64,000 nucleotides of DNA from the human T2T-CHM13v2.0 reference genome, Homo sapiens. Under the pieces are notes generated by a model. That model ran no database searches. It was not told the origin of the DNA and saw only the letters and a program-made list of their open reading frames with translations. A program made the translations under genes and the position numbers. The DNA lies in assembly GCF_009914755.1 (NCBI RefSeq), contig NC_060937.1, one strand, 5' to 3'. This document shows, piece after piece, positions 50,177 through 64,000 of the stretch (the first letter of the stretch is position 1; every line of letters begins with the position of its first letter).

Positions 50177-50434
50177 GAAGAAAGGGCATTAATATTTAAT
50201 AATGCTTTCAATAAAGAAAAATTAGATTACTTTCTGAGTCATTTGGCACACCTACCTATCAGCTTTTTCCCGACTTTTCTTCCTTACTTCAACATTGTTG
50301 TTATTCAGTCAGTCAATAAATGTTTATTAATTGCCTGCTCTTTGTTACACACTGTGTGAGAAAAAGGACAGAGAAGTTTATGCCACAGAAAAGAGATATT
50401 AAAGAATACACACAAAAATTAAGTACACGATGGC

Positions 50435-51333
50435 TGTCAGAAACCATGAAGGGTCTGAGATTTTACTGTACTTTTGACCTAGTAATTTCCCCTGTCAGAG
50501 TTTCCTGAATCCTGGTAGAAGGTGTGAGACTTCTGGGTAAAGGAAAAATTACTATTATTTACAGCACAGCAGGCAACATGAGCATCCTGTTCACAGCAGT
50601 TCTCCCTACTCAATCACACCCACATCTCATAGGGTTTATGCAAATATGGTCCCAATTAGATGCTACACAAACAGTGGGTTTGCTGTATACCTGAGGAACC
50701 TGGAGATTATGAAGTCCAGGACATTTTTATTTATTTATCTTTATTCAAATCATAAACACATTTTTTTAAAAAACAGCTCTATTTAAAATATAATTTATGT
50801 TTCAAACAATTGATCTATTTAAAGTGAACAGTTAAATAGTTTTTTTTATATGTTACAGCTTTATGTAATCACCATCACAATCAATTTTAGAACATTTTTA
50901 TCACCCTCTACATAAACCTTATACCCTTCAGTAAGTACTCCCCATTAACCAACTCTCTTCCCACAACCCTAGGCAACCACCAATCTACTTTTTGTCTCTA
51001 CAGATTTTACAGTATTTGGCATTTCATGTAAGTAAAAATCATAAAATACACGTCTTTTTATGACTAGCTTGTTTCTCTTAACATAATGTTTTCTAGGTTC
51101 ATTATGTTGAAGAGGCCACAATTTTATATAAGGGGTATCTGGCAACCTGTCCCACCTTAGCAAGGAGAGGGATATTATCTAAATTACATTGGTAAGAAAA
51201 ACTGTCTGCCCTCTCTTTCAGTGGAAGAGCCTATTCATCTTCCAAGGCTGTTTGCTTTGCACACATCCTGAAAAGATAGTCTACGATAAAGTTGTTATGA
51301 AGATGTATAGAAACTCTGGAGAATTGCTCCTCA
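50435..51333 (-). mobile_element. MER77-like ERVL solo LTR interrupted by an L1 fragment
   Basis: tgtcagaaaccatgaagggtctgagatttta ... tcttccaaggctgtttgc...ggagaattgctcctca; TG/CA ends. Confidence 0.7.
50760..51108 (-). mobile_element. L1MB-type 3' end fragment
   Basis: 'caccatcacaatcaattttagaacatttttatcacc', 'ccctaggcaaccaccaatctacttt'. Confidence 0.8.
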
Positions 51334-52121
51334 ATCATCATCCCTAAACAAAATGCTGAGAAAGAAAATGGCAAGCTGCTGTGGAAATACATAAGAAGGA
51401 AACAAACCATCTGAGCATCCTTGGAGGCTTCCTCAGGAAGATACTTTTTAAACTGGGACCTCAGAAAAAGATGATTGAATTAAGAAGTAAAAACACAAGA
51501 GAAAAAGATAATTTTAGGCAGTAGCCTCAAACGTTTTTATTTCTTTATCTTTACTCAGGTCATAAACAATCTTTAAAAAATAATAGCTTTGTTTATGTAA
51601 AGAGCATGCATAAAGGTGAAGAGGCAGAAGATGACAAGATGCATGTGGCTGGAAAATAAAGCAGGAATGACAGAATGTCATGAAGTGAGACTAGTGTGGC
51701 AGGGAGATGATAGATTATGCAAGACTTTGTAGGTAATAAGGGCTTCCAAATTCATTCCAAAATAGTGAAACACAATTGAAGGAATTTAAGCAAGAGAGTA
51801 AAATTGTCAGTTTTCTTTTGTAAGGAACTTCTCTGCTGTGTGGAGCCTGGTTGGAGGGGGGCAAAAATGGATTCAGGTAATCAGTTTAAAAAGTGTATAC
51901 AATAAATCAGATGAAACATGTAAGTAATTTGAAAGAGGGATGATCAGAGGAATATCTAGACTAATTGGGGTAGGTGGTGGAAAGGGAAGTGTTGAAGGAG
52001 GTGATATCATGAACAACTGAATGAATCATGATACCATCTACTGATCTATAAATATTGGCAAGTCTGAAGAAAGGATAATTAGTTAATCTTTAGGCAAATT
52101 ACATTTGAAGTTATCTGTAGC

Positions 52122-52590
52122 TGTGTTAGTCCGGGTTCTCCAGAAAAACAGAATCAAGTGAAGTATATACAAAAATCAAGAGATTTATTATGAGGAATTG
52201 GCTTACACAATTATGGAGGCTGCTAAGTCCTAAGATCTATAATCAGCAAGCTGGAGATCCAGGACTGCTGATTGTGTAATTTCAAACCCAGGGCTGGCAG
52301 GCTTGAGACTGGGGAAGAATCAGTGTTTCAGTTTGAGTCTCAAGGCAAGAAAAGTCAGGGTCTCAGTTCAGACAGGAGGAATGTTCTCTTATTCAGGGCA
52401 GGGTCAGTCTTACTTCATACCGGCCTTCAGCTGACGGGATAAGGCCCATTCCCATAGGGAGGGTAATCTGCTTTACATTGTCTATCAGTGTAAATGTTAA
52501 AGTCTCACAGAAACATTTAAAATAAGGTTTGCAGAAATATCCCAGTACCTAACTGCTCAGTCAAATTGACACATGAAATTAACCATCACA
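52122..52590 (-). mobile_element. MLT2B-type (ERVL) solo LTR
   Basis: tgtgttagtccgggttctccaga...ttgacacatgaaattaaccatcaca; perfect 5-bp TSD GTAGC (52117-52121, 52591-52595). Confidence 0.9.
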
Positions 52591-52986
52591 GTAGCTAAAT
52601 GAATGAAACAGTTGGATACACAGTTTTCCATAAGAAAATTTTAAAAGAAAACTGAAAAGAGAAAAAGAGAATTTTAGGCCAGAGAATTTTGGAAGTTTTT
52701 TTTGTTTGTTTGTTTTTTGTTTTTCTCAGTCTTGTTCCTCCCTATAATCTAAGTTGTTTTATGTCTTTCCCACTGCAAAATCTTCCTCATCCATACATAT
52801 ACAAAAGTGATCTACTTTGTCCAACTAGTTATGCATTTTGGCTGGGATGGAAAATACGAGAATGGAAATAAAAGAATACATCAAGAAGGTTGTGAAACAT
52901 ATGGGTAGGATTACTGAAAGAAGTGCAAGGTATGTACAAAATACAAGGGAGAGAGGATAGGGATTGGTACAAATGAAAAGAGATGT

Positions 52987-53293
<307 letters not shown>

Positions 53294-54035
53294 AGATGCA
53301 TTTTATAAAATTGTGAAGAAAATGATGTAGAAAGAGCTACAATGTACAAAACTTTTTAACAGAAAGATATGTCATATATATGCAAAATGAAAGGGAATTC
53401 AGTTTTGTTTGAAACTATATTAAATTGCTTGCATTGTCTTATTATCCCAGGCTGAACATTTTAGTCACAGTGTTTTTTCCTTGAATATTTTATCTACATA
53501 TCAAAATGTAATTATAGAACTAGATTATATCACATATGAAAAATACTATGTAGAGTAAAAATAGAAGGAAGTCTAAGTCTAAACACAGAAGAATAAAAAA
53601 GAAATAAATATTTGACAGAGGAGGAAAAAACAGTGAAATATGAGAACGTGTAGAGAGAAGGAAACAAGAAACTCAGAGGACTGTGGATAGGAGGCAATTC
53701 AAAAAAGTGTTTCAAAGTTCCATCATCGAGTCTCAACTTATTAACAAAACTTTTTTTGAACGCTCTCTTCCTTGTCCTTTTGTCTGCTCAATGTTTGTCT
53801 TAACTTTTCAGAAATCAGGTTTATTCTTACTTTCTCAGCATACACATTCAAAAGCCTTTGCTACCTTTTTTTCTACAATATCACACTTTTACAGTCACTT
53901 TCTATTTAGCCATAATTTAAACTTTTTAAGAAGGTGAATGTTTATTCTAAAAATATTACTATGTTCCTTGGTGTCCACCTAAAGCTCTAAGGTTCCCTGA
54001 AAGATTTGGAGGTAATAATATCCTGAAAGACCCAT

Positions 54036-54190
54036 GGAGCTAAGGAGTCAGAGGTGTAGGTCATTAAATTCCAATTCTGCCTTTGACCTATAATATGGCC
54101 TCAGACATTACCTAGGTGCCTTGATTTCTTTCTATGAAAAATAAGATAATTGTACCTACCACATAGACTATTGTGTCTTCAAAGAGGCGA
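54036..54190 (+). mobile_element. MIR
   Basis: 'ggagtcaga...aattccaattctgcc...aaaataagataattgtacctaccacataga'. Confidence 0.6.
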
Positions 54191-54263
54191 TATTTAATAG
54201 GTAGTGACAGATTTTAAAAGAGAAAATCAAAGAGATAGTATAGTTTGGCATTTATTGAATGCC

Positions 54264-54427
54264 TTTTTGTTTTATTTGTTTTTTGAAATGGAGCCTTGTT
54301 CTGTTGCCAGGCTGAAGTGCAGTGACGGGTCTCAGCTCACTGCAACCTCCGCCTGCTGGATTCAAGTGATTCTCCTGCCTCAGCCTCCTGAGTAGCTGGG
54401 ACTACAGACGCATGCCACCACACCTGA
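54264..54427 (-). mobile_element. 5'-truncated Alu (right arm only)
   Basis: Right arm plus T tail bounded by TSD tattgaatgcctttt / tattgaatgtctttt. Confidence 0.9.
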
Positions 54428-54554
54428 TATTGAATGTCTTTTAAATGTCAAGCATGCTGGAAAATAATTTATGTAAAATTGACTTAGAGTCTGAATCAAT
54501 TAGGTTACTTAGAGTCGTCTGTATGGATTTCCATGTATGCTTGTTTGGCTTTTA

Positions 54555-55125
54555 CTATTATTTTTAACTGACATAATTATACATATTTATGAGGTGCTTT
54601 TTGATATTTGGATACATGTATATGATGTGTAATGATCAAATAAGGTTAACGAACATGTCCATCACCTCAAACATTTATCATTTATTTGTGTTAGGAATGT
54701 TCAAATTCACTCTTCAGCTGATGGGATGCAGCCCACTACCAAAGGCAGGGTGATCTGCTTTACTTAGTCTACCAGTGAAAATGATAGATCATCCAGAAAC
54801 ACTCTCACAGGAACATCTAAATAAGGTTCACAGAAATATCCCAGCACCCAATGACCCAGTCGAATTGACACATGAAATTAACCATCACAGTAGTCAAATG
54901 GATGATACAGTTGGCTACACAGTTTTCCATAAGAAAATCTTAAAAGAAAACTGAAAAGAGAATTGTAAGCCAGATAATTTTGAAGATTTTTTTAATTGCT
55001 CAGTCTTGTCCTCCCCCATATATAATATTTTAAGTATACAATACTTGAAATAAAACGTTATTATAGTCTCCCTACAGTGCTTTAGAACACACTATAGTTT
55101 ATTCTTTCTAGCTATAACATTTACA
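54555..55125 (-). mobile_element. L1MA 3' end fragment interrupted by a duplicated segment (54712-55026)
   Basis: 'tgtgtaatgatcaaataagg...catcacctcaaacatttatcattt...ttcaaattcactcttc' resumes as 'tattttaagtatacaatac...tatagtctccctacagtgctttagaacac'. Confidence 0.8.
54712..55026 (+). repeat. Dispersed direct copy of 52425-52748 (MLT2B end plus flank)
   Basis: Shared sequence runs past the LTR end into the flank: 'ttaaccatcacagtag', 'acacagttttccataagaaaat', 'taaaagaaaactgaaaagag', 'ctcagtcttgt'. Confidence 0.92.
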
Positions 55126-58100
55126 TATTTTAAATTAACAATGTTGTATGCATACATATATTTAATGTATAATACATACAATTTGAATATATATGTAGAC
55201 ATATATCTAGACATCTATGTGTCTATATATCTATAACTATATTACATATGGCTATATACATATATAGCTACAAATATATTAAAAAATCAAAGATAGCTAA
55301 CCATATGTTTATTATATGGTTATTGTCTATAACTCTACAAACAAATACACAAATAGCACTTTTAGGCATATTAAATAAAAGCTACTCTGTATTGATATTT
55401 TCAGTGCAGTTCATTGAAAATTATTAGAGGCAGGATAGCGAGAGAATAGAAACAACCATGGTTAACAGTATATTTTCAGTTTTGTTCAGAACAAAAATAG
55501 CCCCAACTTACTTTGCAGGTTATAATTATGACTGAGTTGACCATAACGGTTTACTGTGTCTATAAAAGCCTTCAAATTGAGTAGTACTAGTATTTTTGAG
55601 TAATTTGTTCCATTCCATTAGAGAATAGAAACCAAAACATTAAATAAACTAAAAGAACAGAACAGATATATCCAAAATTAGATAGTAGCTAAGTGCCTTC
55701 TTCTGTGTAAAAGAAATAACAGTGAAAAATCACAACAAAAGCTTGTCTGTCCAGAAACATTTTCATTGCCAGCTACAAATAGACTTCTGCTAACTTTCCC
55801 AAAGGGAAAATGTCACTCAATTTGATTGGCTAAATCTTCTTTAATGTTCAAAATAAAGTAGCCATGCTATGGTTGAATTTGTTTGCTTTTTTTCCACCCA
55901 CACCCGGTACAGAAAGCAATGCACCCATTTATTTCAATATGCCAGCAATTACCAACCAGAGAATGTCTGTAATAAGAACATTAGTAACAAAACTGGTCAT
56001 GGCCTGTTTTCTCTTCCTCTCTTGCTTCTAATGCAAGAGAACATTTTAAAAACCAGGTCCAAGAACAATTTGGAGCCAAACAAAAAAATTCAAAGACTTG
56101 CAGCAGGTGGGAGTACCACCTGTTCATCTCTTATTCCAGAAAAAACCAATAGCCTCTTCAGTTCCCAGCTGTGGTGAATTCCCAGCTTTGAATGCAAGCA
56201 AATACTGAGAAAAGCTCTCTTTGAAAGACTGAGCCTGCTAGGAAAAGTGATCATGTAATATAGTCAAAATGAAGGGTTAAAAAGCTCAATTCTGAGCAGT
56301 AGGCAAAGGCTAAAGCCACCACAGGTGTGAATCTTAATGGTTGTTAATTGGGTAGAGGTTCAACAGAAAAATAAATCACTGCAGGTGTGAGGTGTGTGTT
56401 TTTGCTGATGAAGGAGCAGTGTAAATATTCGACTCTGTAACTGAAGAGACAAGTTCATTTTTATTTTCTATGTAGTGTAGACTTTGTTACAATTAGTGCC
56501 AGATGATTACTTCCTTTTCTGATTTAACAAAGGTAAAAAATTCTCCCTCGTCTAAATATTACCAAATGGGAAACACCAAGTGCCACATCTGTGTGTATTT
56601 AAGTCTGATTCACTTTGAGGAGGGGGCAATTTGGTATGGATGGGTTAAAGAAAAAAAAGAAGGAAATTCTATCCTCGAACACTAATGAGAGTTTAAGAGA
56701 TAGTCTTGTAATTTTTCTTTGGAGATGAATTAAATGTCTTCCTAGTTCATTGAACTAATCTAATCCACAACACTTTTGACATCTCTAACCAAGTCAAAGC
56801 TGATCTAAGATAATTTTGTTTTCAACTTCTGAGAAATGGCCCCTACTAGCTGTTTTCAAAATGTCCTGTTTAATGTATTGATATAGGATATTTTAGTATA
56901 TATTTATCAATATTTTAGCTGGAAAAGAACTAATGATATTAATACAATTTCATTATCAAACTTTCTTGTTCATTCCTAAGTATTTACTTAAATACATAGA
57001 GACACATTTAGTTCTGATAATGTGAAATAAATTGTTTTTCTATTTATGAAATACTTTGTCATCATGCTAACAAATTCCAGCTCTGTTAGAAAATCCCCAG
57101 AATGTTTTAAAAATGAATACTTAGAAAAACGAAAGTGCATGTGATCTACTTTCATATGTGTACATGTATGCATGTGTTTACTTTCAGTTTTTTTCTTGGC
57201 TTCCCTCTTTCTATTTTATCTATTTTCAACATTTGCAAAGCAGAGAATTTATCTTCAAATTATATATATATGTATATATGAATTATGATGTATAGTCGCA
57301 TATATATTGTCTAATTTACTTCAAACCATGTCTATAGCTAGGTAGCTATCACTACTGTCCAGACGATAAAATGACAAGAAGCAAGAAGCATTCAAAACAT
57401 ACTTGTACAACAAATAACTAGAAGAATAAATGATCAGTTCGAAGTCCTCATAATGCTTAATTATGAAGACATGTAATCAGAATATGTTACCCTTATCAAT
57501 GTTATTTCCACATGTTAATCAGATTTTTAAATTACGTCTACACAGGATAAGTCATTTACTCAACATGGAAGACAATTTCCAAAATTGTTTTGAGGTGTTG
57601 CTTCATGCCCTAGTCTTCAAAAGAGCTGAATAATTGTAATCACTTTCTCTTTTGGGTATAATTGAGTTAAATGACACGAAAATATGACACTTGTTTGGCA
57701 TTGTTTAGGACATTGTAACTTAGACTAAAACTGTTGTCCACAAGATTTGCAAATGCTACCAGTTTTGCAGAAGTAGTTCAGTTATAACTTCTACTTAGTC
57801 TGTTAATATTGGATACAGCTAAATATTAATCCAAATGTTTCTTTTATATACATGTGCTGCATCAGTCCATCCTACTAGTATTTTGAAACAATTTTATTTA
57901 CAATTAATGATTAAAACATTTAAATATAAGCCCAAGTGGATCTTTAAACCCTTTCTGAAGTCCCCAGAATGATGTACCTTTTTCATTTGGAAAAAGCACA
58001 CTGAGTATTATCTGTTGGTAAACATGGATTCTATGTTGCTGTATTTTCACATTTAAATATCATAATAAAAACATTCTACCAACCACAAACTATTCTTTTT

Positions 58101-59215
58101 AAATTAGCAACCTACTAAAGTTCAGAATTTGTAACGTTAGAAGAGTGTTATTAACCTTTAAGAATTCTGTGCTCCTTGTGTAGGCCAATTTTGATGTAAT
58201 ATTGAAGAATCCAGTATAGTCATGTTCATTTCACTGACTTTATCATTGGCCTATAAATTAGCAGATTAAAAATAAAACCTTATAGTGAAATAACATGAAC
58301 ATAATTAAACTACATAACCTTTCCTATTTTAGGAATGACATTTTGGTAAATTGAAACTGTAATTACTTTAACTTTTAGGAGGAGATATTATTGGACAGAA
58401 ACCTTTATTCTTTTCACATGGAAAAAAATGTATTCAAACTTTATTTAAATTAAAAAAAAGAAAGACTTGGATGGGTGGATTGTTAATTCTGGTAGGACTC
58501 CCTAAATTGTAGTGCAAAAAATACCAGCAGAAGTTTAGCCGTTTGATTCATATTGAAGAAAAGAAAAGTATATTACAAAAGCAACAAACATGTCTGTGTC
58601 ATGCAGAAATTACATTTCTCATCTGTTAAAAATTTTATTATTTAGAAATTTATTAGGCAGGACAGAACCAAAGAAACTATCATACTACCTATAATTAAAT
58701 GTTATTTTTAATATGTCATTTGAGTATTAAATAAAAATATAAGTATTAAATAAAGATAACTTCCATATTGTGAACAAATAATTTTAACATAGTTAAACAT
58801 ATTATTTAATGTAGTTAACATATTATTTAAGAGAGTTAAAATAATAACTTAAATTTAAAAGATTTCTAAAATACTTAAAATCTTTATTAAAGACAATAGA
58901 TATATCACCATCATAGAATAGAGAGAGTCATTTTTAGTTTTGTGACCTTGTGTCAGCCTCAGTTCTTCTTTAAAACTGTCGATTTAGGGTCAATCATTCC
59001 TATAACATATACCAAGTCTGAAATGATCAATCAAAAACTAATGATGTGTTAAACTGCAAAGTTTTATTATTTACTACTTTCATTGTAAGACCACTAAGGT
59101 TGAAGTATTATTACAGATAAATAAACTCAGATAATATAGGATGTTTTCATTTTGACCTAGGTTTTCCAATTCCAAATTCAGGCCCGAAAGTAGATGGGCA
59201 ACCAGCAATAAAAAC

Positions 59216-59310
59216 CCATCCATCCATCCATCCATGCATCCATCCATCCATCCATCCATCCATCCATCCATCCATCCATCCATCCATTTATCCATCCACC
59301 CACCCACCCA
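59216..59310. repeat. (CCAT)n/(CCAC)n tetranucleotide microsatellite
   Basis: Long ccat run with few interruptions grading into ccac. Confidence 0.97.
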
Positions 59311-60782
59311 ATAGATAGGCCACAAGCTCACCCAAACTAGATGGGCAACAAGCTCAAAACTAGATAGGCAACAAGCAATAAAAACTCGAATGCACTTATT
59401 ATTGTGCCTGTAGTAACTTACAAAATAAGATTTAAAATATCAGCCTGTGTATATATCTTAGTTTTTTTCATAATAATTTGTTGTAGTTTGCTGCACCCAT
59501 AACAGGAGTGGCTTTATAAAGGGTGTCACTCTTGCTCTATTACGAAGTTGGCAATCAGCAAGTTGGACCAAAATTGTGATTTAGAGTCAAATTGATCTAA
59601 GTTTTGTCTACAAATTAATGAGATTTAAAATACATAAATAACATGAATTTCTAGAATTATAAAAAAACAGAATTCATCTTATAATATTAACTATTCATCA
59701 TATTTTAGTCAACATAGGTAAATGTATACTTGACTGAAATCTTCTAGGCTTTACCGGGTAGTTTGATTATGTTTCTTCAATATCTTACCTCTGTCAGTAC
59801 ATCTCATAGTATATTTTTAATTCTTTTGTTATATCTTTTGATTTTCTTAATAATATGTTGTTTTTTTTTTACAGAGATAAACTGGAAGCTTTACTTCTGC
59901 GAAGGCAGAAACTACCTGCAACTTTAAAATGACATTTTTTTCCAGTCTTTAAGATTGTTCAAAAATTCTTATGTCTTATGATGAGTAGAGTCACTTTCTT
60001 GTATAAGTATGCACATACTCATGCACTAAAATGGCAATCTCTTACTATATCTATTTTAAACATTTTTCTGTTTCTTATTAATGTACTGATAAAACTTTGA
60101 GCCAAAGGTAACTGTGAGAAGTTCCTTGGTTACATTCTGTCTTGGTGCTGCCTGGATACTCATTAATTTCCTATATTTTTATCTGCCTTGAATTATTTTC
60201 TGTGTCCAGTGCAATTAAACATCCTGTCTAATCTAACAATTTATTTAAATCAAGGATTGTGTCCTCACTAATGATAATTATGCCCCACTTATGCCACGGT
60301 GTCAGTTTTTGCTATTTATAACATCTTATACTCTCTTAACTTTGAGATATATAAATTATGTTACACCATTTAAAAGGCCTTCTTCACATATTGTGAATTT
60401 TCTCAGTGTCAATTTACTCTCCTTATATCCTTATTGCCATCACATCACACACTTTTACAAAAGATGAATGCATGACCCAGATGAAATAAAATGCCAACTT
60501 TTACTTCTTACTCCCCAGCAACAAAAAGTCCTTCACCCCTGACATCTTAGCTATGCTCAAAGGCTCAAATATCTTCAGTTTTTATTACGAGCAAGCGTCC
60601 TTGATGGTATAATAGGAAGACTATTAAGCTTTTCGCATAAATAACAATGAGAAAGAAGAATGATAGTACCTAATCTATAAACTGAGTATCCTTGAGTAAA
60701 CAAATTAATGTCTTATTGCTTTAATGTCTTATTCTTCCCTTGACAATGAGAGTCATAATGTTATAGGCGTTATTAAATAACG

Positions 60783-60833
60783 CCTGAGGTGCAAAGAATC
60801 CTGAGGTGCAAAGGATCCTGAGGTGCAAAGAAT
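60783..60833. repeat. 3 x 17-bp tandem repeat cctgaggtgcaaag(a/g)at
   Basis: Units at 60783, 60800 and 60817; one mismatch in total. Confidence 0.95.
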
Positions 60834-60854
60834 TTATTTGTTAACAAAGAGAAT

Positions 60855-61030
60855 GTTAATATAAATGAATATATTTATAATATAATATATTATAAATTAA
60901 TATAAATTATATAATATTATAATATTAATATATTAATATAATACAATGATATTAATATAATAAAATTGATATAATTTATATTATATTAATATAAATTATA
61001 TAATGTGAAACATATTTTATAAATATAATT
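60855..61030. repeat. AT-rich low-complexity tract
   Basis: Almost pure A/T (tataat/atatta-like). Confidence 0.85.
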
Positions 61031-61039
61031 TCAGGTTAT

Positions 61040-62819
61040 ATTGTTAAATTTTTGTGTACAATTATGCAATTATTTGTAAGGGCTTACATTTTTTGAGGTA
61101 AATATCAAGGAGTAGGATGGCTGGATCATATGGGAGGTATATGTTTAACTCTATACAAATTGACAGTCTTTTTTCCAAGGTTGTGTAAATTTTTACACTT
61201 CCGTTAGTGGTTTATAAGAATTTCAGTTTATCTATATCCACACGAATGACTGGAAAAATCTATCTTTTAAAATTGTAGCTAGTCAAGTAGTATTGGTTAT
61301 CTACTTGGGGATTTAATTTGCATTGGGCTAATGTGTAGACATTGTTGAGCATCTGTTCATGCACCTATTGGCTGTGCTACACCTTCTATGCTGAAATATC
61401 TTTTCAAATCTTTTGTTAATTTTTCCATTGGAATATTTGTTTTCTCATTCTTGAGTTTTGAGAGTAATTTTTTAATATTATGGATTGAAGTATTTCTATG
61501 ATATAATTAGAAAATATTTTAACCTAGTGTATGGCTTGTCTTTCTATTCTTTTAGCATTATCTTTTACAAATGCAGACATTTTAAAAAACAAGTCATCAT
61601 TTTTATCATTTTTCCTTTATGGATACTGCTCTCAATGTTTTACTTTGGAAATCTTTACCCAACCCAAAGTCATAAAGATTTCCTCCATAGTTTATTCTAT
61701 AAGTTTTGAATCATTTTGTTTTTCATTTAGATCTCTGATCCATTTTGATTTTATTTTTATATAAATTGTAAGATATGGATCAGTTGTTTTATTCATATGT
61801 ATATGCAATTGTTTTAGCACATTGTTGAAAATAATACACTTTCTACTTCGTATTGCCTTATTGCCATTGTGAAATTCAGTTGTGTATGAATGCCAGTGTC
61901 TCCTTCTGGACACTCTAAACCATTTCATTGATCTACAAGTTTATCTTTATGAAATGGCATTGTCTTGATTGATATAGATTTCAAAGTCTTATAGTTAGGT
62001 AATGTTAGTCTTTCATCTTTTTTTCAAACTTGTTTTGGTTATACAGAGTTTTTTGGATTACTATGTTAATTTTAGAATCAGTTTCTCAATTTATATAAGA
62101 AAAGCTTTGTGAGATTTTGATTGGGATTATGTTGAATGCACAAGTCAATTTACAAGAAAATTGACGTCTTAATATTATTGAATATTATGACTCATAATCA
62201 TGGCAGATTTCTAAATTTACTTAAGTCCTCTTCAATTTCCATCAGCTCAGTTTTGAAGGTTTCAGTGTAAAGATTTTGCACATCTTTTGTCAGGTTTATT
62301 CCAACAAATTTTATGTTTTTAAATTGGATTTAGAGTATTATTTCACTTGAGTTTTATTTTTTCATGGCGGCTCAACAGAAAAACCATTTTTGTATATTGA
62401 TCTTTTGATTTTTTGAAATATTAGTCTCATATATCTCATTTTTCACTTTTCTTAAACTCACTTCTTGTAAGAATTAGTTTGTTTTTGTTTGTCTGATTTA
62501 CCAGATTTCCTTAAATTTTCTAATGGATGATCATGTCGTATAAAAAAGACAATTCTAATTTTAATTTAGAATCTTTATTTATTTATTTGTTTTTCTTGCC
62601 ATAGTACAATGACTAGAACCTCCAACACAATGTTGAATAAAGTTTTGAGAGTAGACATTCTATCTTGCTTAGAATCTCTCTAAGATAGTATCCAGTCATT
62701 CATCCTTAAGTATAATAATTGTAGGATATTTATAGATCCCTTTGTCAAGTTGAGAAATTTTCCTTTTATTGCTACATTGATGATGTCTTAATTAGAAATG
62801 AATATTACATTTTGTAAAA

Positions 62820-62820
<1 letters not shown>
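61040..62820 (-). mobile_element. Old L1 (L1MC/MD/ME) 3'UTR and ORF2 fragment
   Basis: 'ggagtaggatggctggatcatatgg', 'tttagcacattgttgaaa', 'gattttgattgggattatgttgaat', 'ctagaacctccaacacaatgttgaata'. Confidence 0.85.
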
Positions 62821-63675
<855 letters not shown>

Positions 63676-63721
63676 ATTTTGCTCAAGCAGCAAATTTTAT
63701 TCTTTGACAAAGAGTAAAGTT

Positions 63722-64000
63722 CTCCCTTCACTCTTACCTCTGCAGGAAACACCTGATGGGAATGGTGCCATGAGGTTTCAAGTTCCCTTCTCATTACAGG
63801 AACTTAAGCAAATAAAGGGAGACTTAGGCCAATTTTCTGACGACCTTAATTTATAGGTACATTTAAATTTTCCAAAACTTAACTCAGGTGTTTGATCTCA
63901 CATGGAGGGACGTTATATTGCTGCTAAGTCAGACCTTCACTGTGGCTGAAAAGCAGGCAGTTCTGCAGGCAGCAGAAAAATGCAGAGATGAGCAACATGC
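63722..64000 (+). mobile_element. Decayed class I (ERV1; HUERS-P3/HERV9/W-like) gag capsid fragment, runs off the window
   Basis: LLPLQETPDGNGAMRFQVPFSLQELKQIKGDLGQFSDD then, after a stop/frameshift, FQNLTQVFDLTWRDVILLLSQTFTVAEKQAVLQAAEK: gammaretroviral-like p30 N-terminal motifs. Confidence 0.88.

Larger units (their letters stand above)
50300..52625 (-). mobile_element. L2 interrupted by MER77-like LTR and MLT2B
   Basis: Tail 'attcagtcagtcaataaatgtttatt' at ~50303; L2 body resumes 51340-52120 and after 52591 ('cagttggatac'). Confidence 0.6.

Noticed and set aside
59080-59331. ORF with (MDGW)n repeats
   Set aside because: Translation of the (ATGG)n microsatellite.
59860-60115. Plus-strand poly(T)-acag acceptor with aag|gtaact donor; similar isolated GTAAGT donors elsewhere (e.g. 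~47403 minus)
   Set aside because: Such motifs are frequent by chance in AT-rich DNA; no open frame or other support.
59191-60833. Short repeat clusters as a possible CRISPR-like array
   Set aside because: Primate DNA; units are adjacent or irregularly spaced without unique spacers; no cas genes.

Overview
AT-rich, CpG-depleted primate (human-like; an AluY is present) intergenic or deep-intronic DNA. I find no recognisable protein-coding gene, RNA gene or CpG island, and nearly all ORFs in the track are Alu/L1-derived or chance. The window is largely transposon fossils: two near-full-length decayed L1s (old L1M + at ~4.9-11.1 kb; L1PA15/16-like - at ~37.9-44.3 kb), further L1 pieces, 13 Alus plus a FLAM, MIR/L2 remnants, Tigger-family DNA transposons, many solo LTRs, an ERVL pol fragment and an ERV1 gag fragment running off the right edge. 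Subfamily names come from recalled consensus sequences, not a search. I cannot support a novel biological system. The most interesting signals are a ~310-bp locally templated insertion into an L1 fragment, an ERVL pol segment lodged between complementary halves of one LTR, a palindrome-plus-triplication scar, and a well-bounded 168-nt open-frame candidate exon on the minus strand.
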